Below, piece by piece: positions 57,451 through 64,000 of a stretch of 64,000 bases of DNA (the stretch's first letter is position 1; every line of letters starts with the position of its first letter). Under the pieces are notes generated by a model. The model saw only the letters and a program-made list of their open reading frames with translations, made no database searches and had not been told where the DNA came from. This stretch comes from Leucoraja erinacea (taxonomy: Eukaryota), in assembly GCF_028641065.1 (NCBI RefSeq), contig NC_073379.1, positions 36,084,001 through 36,148,000 of the forward strand, in the 5' to 3' direction. The position numbers and the translations under genes were made by a program.

Positions 57451-60135
57451 TTCAAACATATTTGGTGTGTGGAGTTGTGTAGGAGCAGCTGAGTTAAAAA
57501 TATTGTTAAAACATTCATCAAAAATATGGCAATTTCAAGCAAAACAAATTAATTCATATTCTTGGCCCAACCAACAAGTTGATCCTACTTCACTAGAGGG
57601 AGGAAGGAGTCAGAATTGACATTTGCACAATTAAGGGATATTAGATTGAAATTGGTGACATCATCAATGATCACCTTGGTTACATGATCTTTGTGAGAGA
57701 TAAATTGTCTAAAGGTTGAAATACTTGATCCAGAATTTGTATCTGATTTGGACCCAGTGCAAGTGAAGGACCGAGTCCACACAAATTTGGCAAAAAATAA
57801 ATTTATAATGAATTCAAATCCAGAACCAAGCAGTCCAAAAGTTAATTCAACATCAAAATCTGTAAAGAGATTAATTAGCTGGATTCCAAGCGCTTATTAG
57901 TAAACTAGATTCAGCAATCCGATGGGACTATTCCCTCCATGACTCTTTTTCCATCTTCATTAACATCCACTCACCTTCTTATGGCACCTACCCATGTAAT
58001 CATAGGAGCTGCAGCAGCTGTTCTTTTAATTCATCTCTTTCCACCTTCCGGGAACAAAATACTCCTTCCAGGCAAAGCAGCAATTTCCTTATACCTCTTC
58101 CAAAGTGTTGTATTACATTCAGTGCTTACCATATGTACTCCTCTGTATTGGAGAAGACCAATGGTGATGTTTCACTGGCCTCATTCTCTAAAGGTGACTA
58201 TTAGGTTCCAGTTGCCTGTTATATTAATACTCTATCCTGCTCCTATTGCTATCTCTACCTTTGGTCTCCAAACCTGCTCGTGGAATAACATCCCGTTTTC
58301 CATTTTAGCACTTAGTATCCCTCTGGATTGCTGAATCTCTTGCCTCTATGGGCTATCAATTAATGTGGCAAATTACTCTTTGATATTCCATTAAATACTC
58401 TTCACTCTTGATGTTTTTTTTAAATTATGCTTTTGCACTAACATCTTGTTTTTTTGCACATTCATTTTTTATTTTAGAATTTGATGTGTAATTTGTGTAT
58501 AATGTGTTTTTATATGTCTGAGTCTATCTGACATAGTTATCCAGAGCAAATTTCTATCTTCGCTGAATCTAAGGACATAGAGAATTTTAATTGGTGACAG
58601 TTTATTTAAAATGTTTAGCCAAGTAAAAAAAACAATTAAAAATTGCACCAAAAATTCTGAGGGATAAATCACAGACAATGTATAATTGCTGTATACAGCA
58701 ATTTATCAGGCCATCCATTTATAACACTCTCAGCCAGTGACTTGTAGGCATCTATACAGAAAGAACAGATTTGTAAAGTGTAGTTGTACAATACTTGTTT
58801 TTTTTTCCAGAAAATAAAATCTACCTAAATTTGAGAATAAACAGAATATATGACAGAAAATACAGCAAATCCTCCTCCCCATAAAACGGAGGGCAATTCC
58901 AGCAGAAAATGTAGTCAGCGAAGGATGGCAGCTTACTAGTCAGTCAGGAACGTTAATCCTACTTACTGCAGCACAGTTAGGAAGGGTAATTGATTAACAA
59001 GGAAATTATGAAATCATCCACATACCTTTAAAAGGAAGGTGTTGAAACCATATGCCATATTATTCTGTTCAGTTATGGGATGTGAATGCGAACGGTACTT
59101 ATCACCCAACCTGGTCTACCTTGTAGTGTGTCTCCTTCTTGAACCATTGTAGTGAAGGTAGTCACATGGTGTTGTTTGTTAGGGGCGTTGCCCCAGCAAT
59201 GAAGGACCAGTGATATAATTCCTAATCACACGGGAAGAAGGTATAGGAGCCTGAAAACGATAATGTCCAGGTTCAGGAACAGCTTCTTCCCTACACTATT
59301 CGCCTATTAAACACTACACTCTCAAATAAGCTCTGAACAACTTAGACTATTCTTATTATTGCACTTATTGTTCCTCTGTCGTTTATTATATTTTTTACAG
59401 TGTACTATGTTTACTTATTCTGTTGTGCTGCTGCAAGTAAGTATTCATTGTTCTATCTGGGACACATGGTACTCTTGATTCTTGACTCTTGCTAATCGAA
59501 GATAATTGGCCGTAGTGATGTTTCACGGGCCGTACTGTTTTTCTTTTCCCTTCTGTGATTCAGAGATGGAGATTTTGAAAATGAAACACTTGACAACCTT
59601 TTAGAATATGTGGATAAATGCCCAGCTCAGCTATAAAACACAGGACCAATCCCATCTGTCAATCTCTTCCCACTCACAAGTAAAAGGCAGGACGGATATT
59701 GGATGCAGAGCTATCAAGCAGCACTTAATCTACAATAACTTGTTCATTGGTATTTCAGTTTAGCCAAAACCAGACCCTAAACTAAATCTAAAACTAAATA
59801 AAACTAAACTAATCTAAAAAAAGCCACATCCAACACAGAACTGAATTCCAGTGATGAGCAGAGAATGACATTTCAAACATTGAGGTGGTTTTTTGACGGT
59901 GTAGAATCAAAGTGCTTGGTTCAAATTAAGTCAGTGAGTATCAGGGGGGCAACATCCCAGAGGCTGGCCTCATACCTTGCACAAGACAGTTGTGGTTGTT
60001 GGAAGTCTGTCATCCCATACCAGAACATCACTGCAGGACTTCTTCAGGGCAGAGTCCTAGACCCTGTACACTGTGCTATTGCCTGCTAAATTGAGGATAA
60101 TCATGTTATGCCTGTCGTTCAAACAACTTCAACTG

Positions 60136-63100
60136 ATTTTACTTCGGAGTCACGTGAGTGACTACGTGAAGAAGGGCTGTCCGTCTGCGTGTGCGTCATT
60201 ACGTCTGAACGCAACGCGCGACGGACTGGAGAGGCACTGCGTCCTCCCAGGCCGTTAGGATGGGCAGGTAAGGAAAGTTGAATCACTTACCTGCGTTCTT
60301 TCGGGCTTGAAACTTTTTGTAGTTTCAGGGCCCAGATGTCGAGGATACGGTCGGCGGGGAAGTCGGCTACCGAAGACTGCAGCATTTTCCAGTAGCGGGC
60401 GACGGTGTTTCCCGACACAGCACCGGGAACTGAACCGGCAGGAGACTTGTTGCAGGAGGAGAGTTCCGTTGGTGGTCCTGCAGTACGGGGAAATCCACCC
60501 GCAAGTCAAACAACCCGTTGACTCAGAAGAGTCCGGGGAGGGAAAGGGATACCCTCCCTCAACGGAGAGCGTCTGAGGACGACTCTCCCACATAGGAGCA
60601 ACTTTTTGGAGAAGTTGCTCCAACAATGACCTGCTCTAAGGAGAGAGCTGTGTCAGCCCGGGGCCTACAGCAGCAGGCAGTACCGGGAGCCTCGCATAAT
60701 GGGGCAACCCAATGTCTTCCCCATTGGAGGGGGAAGTACATATGGAAGAAACCACTCTGAATCAGAGTACAAAAGCAGGGGGGGGGGACCTTCCCAGGGA
60801 CAAGCAGAAGAAAGGAAGTAAGTAAGTAACTTTTACTTATATAGCACTGTTTAAGTTAACTTGCACCAAAGAGCTTTACATAAAATAAATAATAAGCACA
60901 AAAGAAAAGAAATACTTCTGCAATCATCCAGGTTCCACTGGGTGCTTCCCTGGATAGAGATCTAGAAAATGTCTCCTGCTCTGAGGAGAGGAGCATTCAC
61001 GGTCAGTTTCAGTCTGACCCAAAGCAAGAATCTCATTTAGGCCCGCTGGAGGGGCCATGTCAGTGCAGGTATCCTCAGGGGCCTGTGGCAGCACCTGTTT
61101 TCAGGGCTACCTACAAATCTCACTCTCAATGGAGAGGAGTGTGAGTGAGATTACAATACTATACAATACCATTCATTTGTCATTTGAACCTCACATAACG
61201 TTCGAACAAAATTTGGTTTCGAGATCAGTAGGTAACTGATCTCGAATTAAAGTATGAACATACTGAAGCAGTTGGCAGAATATCCGCACAAATGCCGGCA
61301 AGGGAACAGCGCTATCAGGGTGACTTTGGAGAAACCAGCCGCCGAATCCTCTCTTCAGGTAAGACCAGAAGAAGAAAGCAAAAACTGTCGGACCAATCAA
61401 GGTATCAACGACAAGCAAACTTCATCAGTAGGCGACAACACACCCCACACCTCCATAGGGGGTAAGCAGTTCACTGAAGCCGGTGGTAGCTTGAAAGCTG
61501 GGCACGGAAATATGATCAGTCGTCTTTCAAGGCAGACTCAGAATTATGGCCAGAATTGTCCGACAAGGCAGGCTCAGTATGATAAGGTTTTCAGACCAAG
61601 ACCCAAGCAGAGGTCAGGAGAAACATGGAATACACACTTCCTACCAGTCCAACTCCCAATCAAGGAGAGAAAAGGAAACCGCATCAGGGGCCTTTGGGCT
61701 TACCACAAGACCACCAGTAACCATGGAGGTAGGTGGGTCTGGGTTTACTGAAACAAGGGATTGTGGACCAGTTACATGTTGGTAATTTTACTCTTGTGTT
61801 CAAAATGACAATAACATGAATTTCAGATCTGGTTTTAAAAAACAGATAACAACATGTGATTATTTTTTACTGCAAAACATACATAGGTTCCAAGCAGACT
61901 TGGAACTCGGACCGGAATTGTCTTCAAGGCAGGCCCAGTATTTTGGGCAGGATTGCCTTCCAGGACAGGTGACAGATGGAGGATGTCACTTCATCCAGGT
62001 TCAACTCATTTGTGCAGTACAGACTTTTAGAAACAGCAATTTTTGTTATGGTCTAACAACTGTTTTATAGGAGCTTCCTATAAAATAGTCACATGGCATG
62101 CATCGACCTCAAAGATGCATACTATTCGGTGTCTATTCATTAAGAACATGAGATATTTGAAGTTTAACTGGATGGCATGGCTGCCAAATGGGTTGATATC
62201 AGCTCCTAGACTATTGACTAAACTACGGAAACCAATTCTGGGACTACAAAGGTCTCAAAACCGCATAGTAATGGCATATTTGGAGGACATTTTCATTTGA
62301 GTCACCAAGAATTGGCAGAAGCATCAGTCAAAGCAAACCAAAACCCTGTTTGAAAGAATTGGTTACCTCATCCATCCAGTTAAATCAAAATTGACACCTA
62401 CAAGGGTAATTGATTACCTAGAATTTACTATCAAAAACAGTAAATATGTTGGTGACTTTGCCTAGGGGCAAACGACAATATTAATTAAGCCTGCAATGAC
62501 CTGATAGTCAAATTCTAGCCATCTATCAGGCAAACAGCGAGTGTAATTGGCAAATAGTAGCTGCATTCCCAGCAGTACGGGCCTTTGCATTACCAGAACT
62601 TACAGCAAGCAAAGGAACGAACACTCAGATTACATGCAGGCCGAATTGGCAAACTATGGATTGCCAGCAGAGGCCATTGTTGAATAACTATGGTGGATAA
62701 CGAATGGGAGACAGCTCAGGGAAATTTTGCTCGAAAGCCATCGAGGGTTCTTCAGACCTATGCAAGCGGCTAAGGATGGGGAGACACCAACACAGTCTAA
62801 AGCTGTGGGGGCAGATGGAATGAGCAGGAGTCTGTAATTCCCCAACACATGGAATCAATTACCCAGAATTGTTGGGGGCACAATATGGACTTGAGGTTCT
62901 CTGTAGCGATATGCAACCGGTGCTTGTTCAAATTCAGATTGATAACTCCACTGCGTTGGCATATATCCATTAACAAGGGTGGTGTAAAATCTGTATCTTA
63001 CGACAGATTGTCGAACCTCATTTGGCACTGGTGTATCGAGAGGAATATTTGGGAAATCTACGAGGTAGCTATAACACGGTGACAGATGCTAGATCACGAA

Positions 63101-64000
63101 TGTTTAATAACAACACAGAATGGATGTTGAATCAGACAGTATTTAACAAAATAACTACACGATTTGGCATACCAGATTGTATTGTATTGTATTGTATTTT
63201 AATGACCACACAGCCAGGCTGGTGGAATTTGGGTTGTCAGCAGCGATACAATAATAAAGAACACACAAGATGTTGATCTGTTTGCATCTAGACTAACCAT
63301 TAGTTACTCAGATGTGTCCTGCGAGCTGGATTCAGGAGCAAGGCAGTGGATGCTTTCTCCCTCAATTGGGGAGGAATGTTTATGTATGCTTTCCGCCAAT
63401 TTGTCTCACAAACCGATGCTTGACAAAAATCAAGCAAGACTAAGCCACAGGCATATTGGTAGTGCCAGAATGGCCTACTCAAGCCTGGTCCCCAAAAATG
63501 TTGGGAATTATAGTCCAGCCAATAATGGCTGTACCCAAGAGCAGGGACCTCCTAGTGAACCCAGTTACAAGGAGCAATCATCCACTACATGAACGTATAA
63601 CTTGTTGGTCTGCAGATTCTGAGGAGGCCATTTCAAGGCATAGGACTGTCCGAACAAATACAACACAGTTCGGATAACGGGTGTCTTGGAGTTCCTATCA
63701 ACTGTACTATAACTATAAACTAAGTTATAGTGCATCTATAGTGCCAGAGGCGCACTCTCCTCAAATCTGATGCCGGATGCAGGGCACAGTTCGATAGGAA
63801 CGCACCCTCTTTACAACAAAATTCATGAAGGGAATTAACAATTTAAGAACTCCAAGTCCAAGGTAAACTGACACATGGGATGTGAGCGTGGTACAAACCC
63901 TACTTTGACAGTGGGGACCGCCTATAACTAACCCTGAAGGTGGTATGCTGACAAAGAGTCCAGACACTGCAAAAGCTACGGTTGGACTACATGACCACCA
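60136..64000 (+). mobile_element. Second, decayed DIRS-type element (different subfamily), runs off window end
   Basis: First 38 bp identical to 46869-46906; remnants MEVGGSG, RYLKF.W..LPNGLISAPRLLTK..MAYLED, WCIERNIW, VPEWPTQAW and YR fragments with many stops, frameshifts and nested tails. Confidence 0.9.

Overview
Vertebrate genomic DNA, very probably a cartilaginous fish (skate/ray-type HE1/V-SINE, CR1 and Penelope repeat complement). The window lies inside a + strand NMDA-receptor subunit gene, grin3a. Two internal coding exons are present (26874-27472 and 44417-45464) and everything else is repeat-rich intron. The introns hold young CR1 LINEs, tRNA-derived SINEs, Penelope-like fragments with hammerhead-like motifs, several MITEs, Rex/Babar tails and an unclassified GC-rich retroposon family. 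Most notable: (1) a structurally complete DIRS-type tyrosine-recombinase retrotransposon (46869-51674) plus a decayed relative (60136 to window end). Comparing the two suggests a conserved four-splice-site scheme making Gag, Pol and recombinase from one transcript, with an overlapping HIV-type -1 slippery site as an alternative route to Pol. (2) An internally deleted Gypsy element whose PBS continues as a 47-nt reverse-transcribed copy of tRNA-Leu with a mismatch exactly opposite m1A58. All family assignments come from reading the sequence and recalled consensus features, not database searches; boundaries of degenerate repeats are approximate.
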